DNA from: Minisyncoccota bacterium
GTDB taxonomy: Bacteria > Patescibacteriota > Minisyncoccia > UBA6257 > JAGOQP01
Assembly: GCA_041665445.1 (NCBI GenBank)
Contig: JBAYIV010000001.1
Location: 6,334-70,333 of the forward strand
Direction of reading: 5' to 3'
Length of the DNA stretch: 64,000 bases
The notes beneath the pieces are model-generated. The model searched no databases, was not told the DNA's origin, and worked only from the letters and a program-made list of their open reading frames with translations. A program made the position numbers and the translations under genes. Position 1 is the first letter of the stretch. Every line of letters starts with the position of its first letter. Of the stretch, positions 46,510 through 56,200 are shown in pieces.

Positions 46510-48936
46510 ATGAATTCTACCGACCGCGGAAAAACTATCTTTCTTATAGATGCCCACTCCCTCATCCACCGCTGTTTCCACGCCCTGCCGCCATTCACCA
46601 ACGCCGCCGGAGAGCCGGTAGGAGCGCTTTATGGCATCGCCAGCGTTCTCCTTAAAATCGTTGAGCAAAAAAGACCCGATTACGCCGTAGCACTCTTTGA
46701 TCGACCCGAGCCCACGTTCCGCAAAGAAAAATTTTTGGCCTATAAGGCCCAGCGTCCAAAAGCACCCGACGAGTTGGTGGCACAGCTTATTTCCGCCCAC
46801 GAACTTTTTAAAACATTTTCCATCGCCACCCTAGAAGTCCCGGGATTTGAGGGCGACGACCTTATTGGCACCTGCGCCGCCCAGTTTTCAAAAGAAAAAA
46901 ACCTACAAGTCGTCATCTTAACCGGCGACCTTGATGCGCTTCAATTAGTACGCGATGGCCACGTGATAGTTGAAACATTTAAGAAGGGAATTTCTGATAC
47001 GCTTATGTATGACGAAGCGGCGGTGAAAAACCGCTACGGCATCACCCCAGCCCAGCTCATTGATTATAAAGCATTGGTGGGCGATCAATCCGACAATATC
47101 CCAGGAGTGATGGGCGTAGGGCCCAAAACTGCCGAAACTATTTTGCAGACATATGGATCACTTGAAAATTTTTTTACACACGGACAAACCGACCGCGCCT
47201 ATGAAAAAATAATTTCCCACAAAGACGAAGCCCTCCTCTCGCAGGACCTCGCGACCATCCGCACCAACGCACCCATCAACCCCCTTCTTACCAGCCTTAC
47301 GTGCGCTCCCAATTGGGGAAAAGTCACTGTCTTTTTTGAAAAAAATGGATTTACGTCGCTGATAAAGCGCATCCCGCACGCGCCATCCGCCTCACTGGAA
47401 CCACAGAGGGGCCCGCGATCTACATCGCCGGCCCCCACTCACGCAACCCAGCAGACGCTCCTTTCGCCCCAAAAAAATCCAACACCATCAGCCACCGCAC
47501 ACAAAACCATTCTCTATAATGCAAAAGAGGTGCTAAAAAGATCTGCCGCCACCCAACCCGTTTTTGACCTCATGATCGCCGCGCAACTGCTGGGCATCGA
47601 AACATCATCATGGGAAGATTTATCGCGTACGCTTTTCAAAAAAGAATTGCCCTACAATGAACTTGCGCCGCGCGCGCAAAAAGTTCTCACCGAAAAGCTG
47701 GCGCACGCAGGCCTCAATGATGTGTTTGAAAAAATCGAAACGCCGCTCATCCCCATTGTTGCAGCCATGGAAACGGCCGGCGTTCTCGTCGACCCTTCAG
47801 CACTCTCCGCCGTCACCACCGACATCACCGACGCAATTTCCGCACAAGAAAAAAAAGTAAAAAGCCTCATGAGCGCCGGCAGCGCCATCAACCTCAATTC
47901 CCCCAAACAGCTCTTGGGTTATTTTCAAAACACCATGGGGTTGAAAATAAAATCAACCTCGGCAGACGCCTTGGAAAAAATCGCGCTGAAAAATCCCTCG
48001 CCGCTTTTTAACGAACTTCTCGCCTACCGCGAACTGTTTAAACTAAAAACAACGTATTGCGACGCGTTAACGCGCCTGGTCGCGCCCGACGGACGCATCC
48101 ACCCCACCTTTCTCCAGTTGGGCGCGGCCACCGGTAGAATGTCGTGCCAAAACCCCAACCTGCAAAACATTCCCCAGGAATCAACGTGGTCGGCGCGCAT
48201 CAGAAATGTTTTCGTCGCGCCTACCGATGCAACGCTGGTGGCGTTTGATTATTCGCAGATTGAATTGCGCGTCCTGGCGCATCTATCGCGCGATCCGCAC
48301 ATGACCGAAGCGTTTATCGCCGGCAAAGACATCCACACCATCACCGCCTCGCGAGTTTTTGGCGTCCCCGCAAACGACGTCACCAAAGAAATGCGCCGCC
48401 TGGCAAAAACACTCAACTTCGGCATGATCTACGGCATGGGATCGCGCGCCTTTGCCCAAACCGCCGGCATCTCCGCTGTGCAGGCAAAAGAATTCATTTC
48501 AAAATATTTTTCAGAATTTTCACACGTTAAAGAATGGCAGCGACGCATTCTTGAAGAGGCGCGCGCAACCGGCGTAGCACGCACCGCCACCGGCCGCATG
48601 CGCCCGCTCCCCGCACTCCACTCCTACAATCAATGGATGGCGTCCGAGGCCGAACGCATGGCAATTAATATGCCCACCCAAGGCCTTGCCGCCGACATCC
48701 TTAAACTCGCGACGATTAAAACCAACGCGTACATAGAAAAAAACCATCTCCATGACGACATTCGCCTTATTCTTTCCATCCACGACGAATTGATTTTTGA
48801 GATGCGCCAGGCAACACTTGAAAAAAACACCAAGCTGCCCGCGGCGCTGGCGAGCGAAATGGAAACCGCTTATACACTTTCGGTCCCCCTGAAAGTTGAA
48901 TATAAAACGGGTGTTTGTTGGGGAGAGATGAAATAA
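46510..48936 (+). CDS. polA: DNA polymerase I (5'-3' exonuclease + polymerase domains), about 809 aa
   Basis: Start trimmed to MNSTDRGKTIFLIDAHSLIHRCFHA (FEN-like N-terminus). Polymerase motifs …DYSQIELRVLAHLS… and …HDELIFE…. Confidence 0.9.
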   Translation: MNSTDRGKTIFLIDAHSLIHRCFHALPPFTNAAGEPVGALYGIASVLLKIVEQKRPDYAVALFDRPEPTFRKEKFLAYKAQRPKAPDELVAQLISAHELFKTFSIATLEVPGFEGDDLIGTCAAQFSKEKNLQVVILTGDLDALQLVRDGHVIVETFKKGISDTLMYDEAAVKNRYGITPAQLIDYKALVGDQSDNIPGVMGVGPKTAETILQTYGSLENFFTHGQTDRAYEKIISHKDEALLSQDLATIRTNAPINPLLTSLTCAPNWGKVTVFFEKNGFTSLIKRIPHAPSASLEPQRGPRSTSPAPTHATQQTLLSPQKNPTPSATAHKTILYNAKEVLKRSAATQPVFDLMIAAQLLGIETSSWEDLSRTLFKKELPYNELAPRAQKVLTEKLAHAGLNDVFEKIETPLIPIVAAMETAGVLVDPSALSAVTTDITDAISAQEKKVKSLMSAGSAINLNSPKQLLGYFQNTMGLKIKSTSADALEKIALKNPSPLFNELLAYRELFKLKTTYCDALTRLVAPDGRIHPTFLQLGAATGRMSCQNPNLQNIPQESTWSARIRNVFVAPTDATLVAFDYSQIELRVLAHLSRDPHMTEAFIAGKDIHTITASRVFGVPANDVTKEMRRLAKTLNFGMIYGMGSRAFAQTAGISAVQAKEFISKYFSEFSHVKEWQRRILEEARATGVARTATGRMRPLPALHSYNQWMASEAERMAINMPTQGLAADILKLATIKTNAYIEKNHLHDDIRLILSIHDELIFEMRQATLEKNTKLPAALASEMETAYTLSVPLKVEYKTGVCWGEMK

Positions 48937-48996
48937 AAATCCGCCCCCTTTTTTTCTTGAGGGGGCGGATTTTTATTTTGGACGCAGACCGCTTTG

Positions 48997-49428
48997 CTAT
49001 TCTATTGGTTTTATCACCACGCGCCGATCCTTTCCCTCTCCCTCACTTTCAGTTTTGATGTCTGGATGAATCGCTAACTCGGCATGCACCAAGCGTCGCT
49101 CGTAGGCGTTCATGGGGGGCAGGGGAATTGTTTTTTTCTCTCCCGCTGATTTTTTTGCCGCCGCCCTGGCGAGCTTCACAATAAGATCTTCTCGATTTTT
49201 TCGATAATTATTAATATCGACAAACACGAATGGTTGCCCGCGTTTTTTTGCGATCATTTTCAAAAGAAACTCAAGATCAACAACCAAAGAAGGGATGTGC
49301 CGATCCAAATAAGGGCCCTCGTTTAAAAACACCGACAAGCGGCGCGATTCTTCGGTGATTGCAATGGAGAAGTCAGAGAACCCCATAAACCGAAGCATTT
49401 GCTCAAAAATATCTTTAATCTCATTCAT
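48997..49428 (-). CDS. jag: Jag/SpoIIIJ-associated KH + R3H domain protein
   Basis: R3H motif …NAYERRLVHAELA…. Sits downstream of yidC with a 4-nt overlap. Confidence 0.8.
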   Translation of the reverse strand: MNEIKDIFEQMLRFMGFSDFSIAITEESRRLSVFLNEGPYLDRHIPSLVVDLEFLLKMIAKKRGQPFVFVDINNYRKNREDLIVKLARAAAKKSAGEKKTIPLPPMNAYERRLVHAELAIHPDIKTESEGEGKDRRVVIKPIE

Positions 49429-50144
49429 ATGTTCTGCGACGTTTGTATCTTTCTATTGATAATAATTTGCTGGACAGTCGAGAACGCTGAGGTGGTCAAC
49501 CAATAAAGCGCCACCGCCGACGGCAACGACCACAAAATAACCACCGAAAGCAATGGTCCCATGTACATCATTTGGCGCCCCATGCGCTCGGCCATAGACA
49601 GCTCACTCCCCCTTTTCCCGCTTCGTCCAGCCGCCTTAAGCAGGAAATATGACTGCAGATATTGAAACACCGCGGCCAGAACCACCAACACCACGCTACG
49701 CGAACTTAAATCAAAGAGCCCGATAAAATGATAATTAATACTCGCCGGAAGATGGACGAATGAATACAACAACGACACGTCAACATTTTTTAACCCGCGC
49801 AAAAAAACACCATACAGCGCGATGAGAATTGGCAGCTGGATGATAATAAAAAGAAAGCCGGAAAAGGGGTTGACGCGGTGCTCTTTATACACCGCCATAA
49901 TTTCTTTTACTTGTCGCTCTTTGTCTTCCTTGTGTATTTTTTGAAGTTCCTGAATGCGTGGCGCTATTTTTTGAAGAATAGTTTGATCTTTGGCGCTTTT
50001 ATAGAAAAGCGGCAAGAGTACAAAACGGACAATGAGGGTAAGCAAAACAATGGCCACCCCCAAGTCAGCATAAATATTATTATATAAAAAAAATAGGAGG
50101 TTTAATAACGGGCGGTAAAGAAATTGGGTGTAGATATATATCAT
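49425..50144 (-). CDS. yidC: Membrane protein insertase YidC/Oxa1 (short form), 239 aa
   Basis: 5 TM helices. Conserved …LLPLFYKSAKDQTILQKIAPRIQELQKIHKEDKERQVKEIMAVYKEHRVNPFSG…. Confidence 0.9.
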   Translation of the reverse strand: MIYIYTQFLYRPLLNLLFFLYNNIYADLGVAIVLLTLIVRFVLLPLFYKSAKDQTILQKIAPRIQELQKIHKEDKERQVKEIMAVYKEHRVNPFSGFLFIIIQLPILIALYGVFLRGLKNVDVSLLYSFVHLPASINYHFIGLFDLSSRSVVLVVLAAVFQYLQSYFLLKAAGRSGKRGSELSMAERMGRQMMYMGPLLSVVILWSLPSAVALYWLTTSAFSTVQQIIINRKIQTSQNI

Positions 50145-50147
50145 GGT

Positions 50148-50519
50148 CTAGTTGGTGATATCAGTGCCCCACTGATCCAGCGCGGCGGCTCTCCCTGGAC
50201 GCGCGCAATCCGCAAATTTTTTTTTAACAACAACCACCACGTCATTGCCGGAACGCGACCACCCATGGCAACAACGCACATATTCATACACCGCTCTCCT
50301 TATGTGTGTGCGCACCACGGCCCGCGCGGCAACTTTTTTAGAGACCACCGCCGCAAACCGACCGTACGAACGCGACGACGGATACCGTCGAACAACAAAA
50401 AAATCATTTTCCCTCTTGGGTAACGGTGAGAGGGGGATTTTTTTAAAAAACGCCGCGGATAGACGATAACGTTTTGCGAGCATGCGCGGGTTGGAAACAA
50501 GCTCCACCCGCATACGCAT
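50148..50519 (-). CDS. rnpA: RNase P protein component RnpA (start may be an internal Met, giving about 111 aa)
   Basis: …LAKRYRLS…FGRFAAVVSKKVAARAVVRTHIRRAVYEYVR… is a basic RnpA-like sequence. Sits between rpmH and yidC. Confidence 0.85.
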   Translation of the reverse strand: MRMRVELVSNPRMLAKRYRLSAAFFKKIPLSPLPKRENDFFVVRRYPSSRSYGRFAAVVSKKVAARAVVRTHIRRAVYEYVRCCHGWSRSGNDVVVVVKKKFADCARPGRAAALDQWGTDITN

Positions 50520-50534
50520 AGCGGAGCTTGTTGT

Positions 50535-50669
50535 TTACGCCGTAAGGCGCTTGCGCCCTTTAGCGCGACGGCGCGAGAGTACGCGACGCCCGGTTGGTGT
50601 GGCGGATCGCTTCAAAAAACCATGTGTTTTTTTACGCTTCCGCTTTTTAGGCTGGAATGTTAACGACAT
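50535..50669 (-). CDS. rpmH: 50S ribosomal protein L34
   Basis: [44 protein letters not shown]. Start trimmed from the ORF-track start. Confidence 0.9.
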   Translation of the reverse strand: MSLTFQPKKRKRKKTHGFLKRSATPTGRRVLSRRRAKGRKRLTA

Positions 50670-50918
50670 GGGGTCACCATAACAAAACCACCGCCAAAAA
50701 GCAACCGGTGCACACACCTAAGTGCCTGTGGATAACCAAATCAAGTCATTACAATAATTAACTTTTAAAACCACCCCAATGAAAAGACGCCTTAAAATAA
50801 GCCGCTTAGGAGAAATACACAGGTTGTGCACAGATTGCTTTGTTGGTGGACTTTCTTTTGTTTTTTCTTTCATCTAGAATGCTGGCAACGCGCCACAAGC
50901 ATCACCCTTTCAAAATAC
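50670..50918. promoter_or_regulatory. rpmH/dnaA divergent intergenic region with a perfect DnaA box (cctgTGTGGATAAcc, about 50727-50735); candidate oriC part or dnaA autoregulatory site
   Basis: The consensus 9-mer TGTGGATAA is present. Both divergent promoters must lie here. Confidence 0.45.
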
Positions 50919-52289
50919 ATGGACTTAAAAAATGCGTGGGAAAAGACGCTTTCGGAGATAGAACTCCAAATATCAAAACCAAACTTTTTGACATGGTTTA
51001 AAAACAGCCGCCTTATTAAAAAAGACGACACTACCGGTACGGTGGTGGTGGGGGTGGCAAATAATTTTGCGAAAGAGTGGATTCGAAATAAATATCACAA
51101 AACCATTCTTGAGCTTTTACAAAAATCAGACCAGGGCATCTGCCGCATCGAATACATCGTGCTCGCCGGCGACGCGGAGGAAAAGTTATTTACCGCAATT
51201 AAAAAAGATCCCGATCGAATTGCTCAACAGGAGGGCATTTTTGAGTTGTCAGTTGATCCAGAAAGCAACCTGCATCCGCGCTACAATTTTAAAAGTTTTG
51301 TTGTCGGCTCATCAAACGAGCTGGCATACGCGGCATCAATGGCGGTTGCGCGAGACGTGGGGAAAAAATATAATCCCCTCTTTATTTATGGGGGGACGGG
51401 GCTGGGGAAAACCCACCTCATACAAGCCATTGGCAATGAAATTATTAAAACCTATCGTAATCGCGTGAAAGTAAAATATGTCCCCTCTGAGCGTTTTGTA
51501 AATGATGTCATTTGGGCCATCCGCTCAAAGCGAACCGAGGACATCAAAAATAAATACCGCACCATTGACGTTCTTATTATCGACGATATTCAGTTTATCG
51601 GCGGAAAGCCCGCGAGCGAAGAAGAGTTTTTTCACACATTCAACATCCTGCATCAAAACAATAAACAAATTATCATTTCTTCCGATCGTCCCCCCGCCGC
51701 GATCCCCACACTCGAAGAGCGTCTTCGGTCACGCTTTGAGGGCGGGATGATTGTCGATGTTTCCTTCCCTGATTATGAGATGAAAATGGCAATTATTAAA
51801 AACAAGGTTCAAGACAAGGGATTTGAGCTCTCGGATAGCGTGTGCCATGTTATTGCCTCAAAAATACAAAGAAACATCAGGGAAATAGAGGGGATTATTA
51901 ATAAATTGTATTTCTATAAAGAAATTAAAAACACTCCCATTGACGTGAAAGTTGCCGAGGACATCATCAACGCAACCATTCAACAAAGCGCGGCCAACAT
52001 TAACCCAAACCAAATTCTTAAGTCGGTGGCTTCGTTTTTTGAAGTCTCTCAAAATGATCTTATTACCTCGTCGCGACGCAAAGAAATCGTTCTTCCGCGA
52101 CAAGTGGTTATGTTTTTGATGCGGGATATGTTGGGGATGTCTTATCCGGACATTGGGGATAAGCTGGGGAAGCGCGATCACACCACCGCGATACACTCTT
52201 TTGAAAAAATAGCGCGTGAAATAACCACCGATCGAATGTTAAATCAAAAAATTATCCTTATTAAAGAATTAATCAATAAAAATCCTTAA
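50919..52289 (+). CDS. dnaA: Chromosomal replication initiator DnaA (about 456 aa)
   Basis: Start trimmed to MDLKNAWEK. AAA+ Walker A …GGTGLGKTHL…. C-terminal DNA-binding domain …ITSSRRKEIVLPRQVVMFLMRDMLGMSYPDIGDKLGKRDHTTAIHS…. Confidence 0.95.
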   Translation: MDLKNAWEKTLSEIELQISKPNFLTWFKNSRLIKKDDTTGTVVVGVANNFAKEWIRNKYHKTILELLQKSDQGICRIEYIVLAGDAEEKLFTAIKKDPDRIAQQEGIFELSVDPESNLHPRYNFKSFVVGSSNELAYAASMAVARDVGKKYNPLFIYGGTGLGKTHLIQAIGNEIIKTYRNRVKVKYVPSERFVNDVIWAIRSKRTEDIKNKYRTIDVLIIDDIQFIGGKPASEEEFFHTFNILHQNNKQIIISSDRPPAAIPTLEERLRSRFEGGMIVDVSFPDYEMKMAIIKNKVQDKGFELSDSVCHVIASKIQRNIREIEGIINKLYFYKEIKNTPIDVKVAEDIINATIQQSAANINPNQILKSVASFFEVSQNDLITSSRRKEIVLPRQVVMFLMRDMLGMSYPDIGDKLGKRDHTTAIHSFEKIAREITTDRMLNQKIILIKELINKNP

Positions 52290-52432
52290 CACAGGATTTC
52301 CTTCTTTTTCCACAAAGTTATACACATGCACTTTATTAAAAAAACCCTTATTTTCCTTTAAGATCTCACCACTATCCACTATCCACAGGCACTACTACTC
52401 CTACTACTATTTATATTTATATATAAGAACAC
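52290..52432. promoter_or_regulatory. dnaA-dnaN intergenic region with tandem DnaA-box-like repeats (CCACTATCCACTATCCACAGG) followed by an AT-rich tract (TATTTATATTTATATATAAG); candidate oriC unwinding region
   Basis: Two TATCCAC(A) 8/9 matches in tandem, about 30 bp upstream of a roughly 25-bp stretch that is more than 85% AT, directly before the dnaN start. Confidence 0.5.
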
Positions 52433-53554
52433 ATGAACATCGTCATACTAAAAAACAACATTAAAGAGGGACTTGCTATTATTGCCGGGGCGCACAAAGA
52501 AGGCTCTCACTTGCCGGTGCTGAAAAATTTTCTTTTCGTTGCCCATAATGACGTGGTGCAGCTCACTTCGACTGATTTGGAACTTGCGATGCAGTATACT
52601 GTTTCGGCAAAAATTATTAATGACGGCAGTATTGCTATTCCTTTTTCCATATTCTCTCAAATTATCAGCAATCTTTCTTCTGAGCGAATAAGTTTTGAAC
52701 ACAAAGGATCATCGCTTCTCGTGGTGAGTGATAATTATAAAGCAAAAATAACAACCGCTAACACCGATGAATATCCGATCATTCCAGTAATTGAAGATGG
52801 AAAAGCTCAACAATTCACTTTCGACCCAGATGCATTTATTGATGGATTGGCGGCGGTTTCATCGGCGTGTCAAATATCGGACATCCGGCCGGAATTAAGC
52901 GGAGCGTATGTCTCGTACAAGGGCGGTGTGTTGAAGTTTGTTGCGACTGACAGTTTTCGGCTCGCTGAAAAAATAGTTTCAGAAAAAAAATACGAAACAA
53001 CGCTTACTACAGATATCGCGTGTATTATTCCGCTCAAAACAATCCAAGAAGTTGTGCGTGTTTTTTCTCTTAAAAAAGACGGAAAAATTACCATGCGGTT
53101 TGACGATCATCAAATAGAATTTAAAACCGAACACATTTCAATTATTTCAAGACTTATTGAGGGAAAGTTTCCTGACTACAGCGTTATTATTCCGGGTCAA
53201 TTTTCAACCGAGGTGGTTTTAAAAACGAGCGATGTTATCGCGGCGGTGAAAGTAACGAGCTCGCTTTCGAATCGATTGCATGAGGTGAAGTTTGTTATTG
53301 ATGATACGTTGAAAAATATTCAAATCATTTCAATGAGTCAGGAGTTTGGTGAGAGCGAATATATTCTTCCGGCAAAAATAAAAGGGCAAACAAACAAAAT
53401 AACTTTTAACTGGCGCTTTGTTCTTGATGGGCTTAAAAATATTAAAACAGAAAATGTTCTTATGGGATTTAACGGCGAGGACAAACCAACGGTTTTTAAA
53501 TCCCCCGACGATACACTGTTTCTTTATATTGTTATGCCAATTAAATCAGCGTAG
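52433..53554 (+). CDS. dnaN: DNA polymerase III β sliding clamp
   Basis: 373 aa with the three-domain β-clamp pattern. MNIVILKNNIKEGLAIIAGAH…. Immediately follows dnaA. Confidence 0.95.
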   Translation: MNIVILKNNIKEGLAIIAGAHKEGSHLPVLKNFLFVAHNDVVQLTSTDLELAMQYTVSAKIINDGSIAIPFSIFSQIISNLSSERISFEHKGSSLLVVSDNYKAKITTANTDEYPIIPVIEDGKAQQFTFDPDAFIDGLAAVSSACQISDIRPELSGAYVSYKGGVLKFVATDSFRLAEKIVSEKKYETTLTTDIACIIPLKTIQEVVRVFSLKKDGKITMRFDDHQIEFKTEHISIISRLIEGKFPDYSVIIPGQFSTEVVLKTSDVIAAVKVTSSLSNRLHEVKFVIDDTLKNIQIISMSQEFGESEYILPAKIKGQTNKITFNWRFVLDGLKNIKTENVLMGFNGEDKPTVFKSPDDTLFLYIVMPIKSA

Positions 53555-53555
53555 A

Positions 53556-53592
53556 CAAAAAACACCCTTAAAAATTTAAGGGTGTTTTTTGT
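53556..53592. terminator. Bidirectional rho-independent terminator between dnaN and the PBP gene
   Basis: AAAAA-ACACCCTTA-aaaatt-TAAGGGTGT-TTTTTT. Confidence 0.6.
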
Positions 53593-53616
53593 CACGGCAC
53601 ATTGCCGTTTTAGTGG

Positions 53617-55767
53617 TTAGTGATTATAGAGTGTTAAAAAATTTGGAATATTTTTTTCTGCCCACGAAACGACGCCAGTTTCCCATCCCTGAAACTGTGG
53701 GTCGTTGTTTGGGTTGTAGTTTGGGCCAGGGTCTTGTGTTGGGTTGTTTTTATCTTCGTAATACAAAATAGAATGAATCTGCGGGACGTTGGCCGTGCTT
53801 GTGGTGATATATTGTCCGTTAAGCATTGGTCGCGACGAGGTGAATGGGTCTGGTTGAACAAAAGACGGCGATTGAATGAGGGGAAGTGTTTTGTTCATGA
53901 ACGCGCTCCAAATAGGAACGGCAGCAAGGATACTCCCCCCGCTGCGTTGCATGGGCGTGTTGTTGTTGTTTCCTGCCCACACACCAACAGTTAGTGATGG
54001 GGTGTAGCCAACCGTCCATGCGTCACGATAGTCGTTGGTTGTTCCTGTTTTCATTGCCACGTCATACCCACTAAAGACGGTCTGTGACAAGCTCGCGCCA
54101 AAAAGAGGTGCGCGCAATGATGCGTCCGATAATATTTTATTTATAAGGCGTGGATATTCAGGCTCAAGAACTTGAGTGGCGACATCAATATGTTGTTCGA
54201 GGGTGTTATTGCGGCTGTCGTGCACGCTTTGAATAAAATATTGATCGTGCTTGGTTCCGTCGTTGGCAAAAACAGAGTAGGCCCCAACAAGATCAGTGAG
54301 ATGAACGCCGGCTCCACCGAGGACCAACGAGAGTCCGTATTGGCTTTTATCGGGATCACCCAACGTACCAATCCCCATTGATGCGGCGGTGCGAATGCTG
54401 TCGGGGATTCCCGCTAGATACAAAACCTTAACCGCGGGAACATTAATTGATTGTGCGAGAGCGTCTTTGAGCGACACGGGGCCTCGAAACGTGTGGTCAA
54501 AGTTTTGTGGGTGGAAGCAGGGATAACCACTGGCGTTTATAGACGAAAAGTCGGGGACGAGAGGGCATTGTGTTCGATCGGTCCCAAACTCAGTCGGTGT
54601 ATCAAAGACGATGGTGTCGGGTGTATACCCCTTTTCGAATGCCGTAACATATACAAATGGTTTGAAGGTTGATCCTGGTTGGCGAAGCCCATCGGCGGCA
54701 ACGTTGTAGTTGCCGTCAATACTGGTGCTGAAATAATCAGCCGATCCCACAAGGGCTTTAATGGCGCCCGTGGTTGGGTCTTGTGCCACCAGCGCCGCAT
54801 TTGACCCCTTATAAAGATCTTTGTTGCGTGCAGCGCCATCAGCGACGGCTTGCTCGGCATTCTTTTGCATCGCAACGTCAAGCGTGGTGACCACAGTCAA
54901 TCCGCCGTTTTCAACAACGGCTTCGCCGTAAGTGTTCTCTAAATAGTTCTTGACCATCATCACAAAATGTGGTGCTTGAATAGATCCAATGTTTTGAGAA
55001 AGAAAAGTGAGTTTTTCGTCGCGGGCCTGCGCATACTGTTGTTCGGTGATTGATCCTATTGATCGCATCTGGTTAAGGACATACGCGGTGCGCTCCTTGA
55101 GTTTGTCGACGTGCTGCCCCCACGGCGAATAGTATGATGGCGCCTGGACAACCGCGGCAAGGGTTGCGGCTTGTGCGATTGAAAGCGCGCTTGCGTCGAC
55201 GCCGAAAAAGCGTTGGCTGGCCGCCTGTATTCCTGATGCGTTGTACCCAAAAGGAATCTGATTCAGGTACATAGTAAGGATGTCGTCCTTTGAATAATGT
55301 TGTTCTATCCAATAGGCAAGGATTAATTCTTTCACCTTGCGCTCGATTGTTTTTTGAGAAGTGAGGAAAACATTTTTAACCAACTGCTGGGTGATGGTTG
55401 ACCCTCCTTGTACAAATTCTCGGTGCCACAAATCAACTAACGCAGCGCGAAAAGTTCCTTTGATATCAAGCACAGGGTGTTGATAAAAGTTTTGATCTTC
55501 GGCGGCGATGATGGCTTCTTTAATGTAGGGAGAAATAAGATCGCCAGAAACAACCGTTCTGTTGTCTCCGCCGATTTGATATAACAAAACTTTGCCGGTT
55601 GTGTCGTAAATTTTTGTAGATTGCGCTTGTGCAAAATCGGTTATCTTTTCCGGATGGGGAAGGTCTTTGAGAATGCGAAGAAGCTCCAAGGAGCCGGCAA
55701 TTAAGATGAGCAGTACAATAATTGCTATGCCTAAAAATATCTTTTTTTTCCGCGATTTATTTTTCAT
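53617..55767 (-). CDS. Class A penicillin-binding protein (GT51 transglycosylase + transpeptidase), 716 aa
   Basis: N-terminal TM. GT51 motifs …AIIAAEDQNFYQHPVLDIKG…GGSTITQQLVKN…. Transpeptidase motifs …SGSTFKPF…, S.N, KTGT(T). Confidence 0.9.
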   Translation of the reverse strand: MKNKSRKKKIFLGIAIIVLLILIAGSLELLRILKDLPHPEKITDFAQAQSTKIYDTTGKVLLYQIGGDNRTVVSGDLISPYIKEAIIAAEDQNFYQHPVLDIKGTFRAALVDLWHREFVQGGSTITQQLVKNVFLTSQKTIERKVKELILAYWIEQHYSKDDILTMYLNQIPFGYNASGIQAASQRFFGVDASALSIAQAATLAAVVQAPSYYSPWGQHVDKLKERTAYVLNQMRSIGSITEQQYAQARDEKLTFLSQNIGSIQAPHFVMMVKNYLENTYGEAVVENGGLTVVTTLDVAMQKNAEQAVADGAARNKDLYKGSNAALVAQDPTTGAIKALVGSADYFSTSIDGNYNVAADGLRQPGSTFKPFVYVTAFEKGYTPDTIVFDTPTEFGTDRTQCPLVPDFSSINASGYPCFHPQNFDHTFRGPVSLKDALAQSINVPAVKVLYLAGIPDSIRTAASMGIGTLGDPDKSQYGLSLVLGGAGVHLTDLVGAYSVFANDGTKHDQYFIQSVHDSRNNTLEQHIDVATQVLEPEYPRLINKILSDASLRAPLFGASLSQTVFSGYDVAMKTGTTNDYRDAWTVGYTPSLTVGVWAGNNNNTPMQRSGGSILAAVPIWSAFMNKTLPLIQSPSFVQPDPFTSSRPMLNGQYITTSTANVPQIHSILYYEDKNNPTQDPGPNYNPNNDPQFQGWETGVVSWAEKNIPNFLTLYNH

Positions 55768-55848
55768 ACAAATTTAGTCCAGCATATCACATCGTCCATT
55801 GATTAAAAAACACCCCCCAAAAACTGGGAGGTGTTCTGTGGGTGTGTT

Positions 55849-56085
55849 TTAGGCGCCCTCTTCGTTGTCGCCGTATGCATCAGCGTCATCGTATGCATCA
55901 GCGTCATCTTCGTCGAGCTCATCCTCCTCCTCTTCTCCGCCCTCTATAAAATCCTCCTCGTTAAAATCGTCGCTCTCTTTTTCCTCCTCTTCGCCTGCGT
56001 CATCGTTGGTTGAGTTGGTCGCGCTCATTGCGCCAACTTCTTCGGATAAATCGTCTTGATTCTTTTTTTGTTTTGTGGCGAGCAT
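55849..56085 (-). CDS. Small, extremely acidic (Asp/Glu-rich) protein, about 79 aa; start uncertain
   Basis: …DDAGEEEEKESDDFNEEDFIEGGEEEEDELDEDDADAYDDADAYGDNEEGA. Co-oriented with its neighbours. No clear SD, and the opposite-strand ORF is Ser-rich low complexity. Confidence 0.35.
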   Translation of the reverse strand: MLATKQKKNQDDLSEEVGAMSATNSTNDDAGEEEEKESDDFNEEDFIEGGEEEEDELDEDDADAYDDADAYGDNEEGA

Positions 56086-56200
56086 AAGGATTTGATTAAA
56101 TAAAACCTGCGTTGTTTTTGTGGTGTGTGTCATACAAACGTGGCTCACAAACGCGTTATTGTTTTTTAATGTCTCCACTATACTCAAAAGACTTTGTTTG

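Noticed and set aside
46492-46800. Minus-strand ORFs inside polA (also 47158..47438, 47652..47906, 48520..48833)
   Set aside because: They overlap the conserved DNA polymerase I frame. No independent support.
55865-56059. Plus-strand poly-Ser ORF opposite the acidic-protein ORF
   Set aside because: Mirror-image low-complexity frame; the neighbouring genes are all minus-strand, so the D/E-rich minus-strand frame was preferred, and even that only at low confidence.
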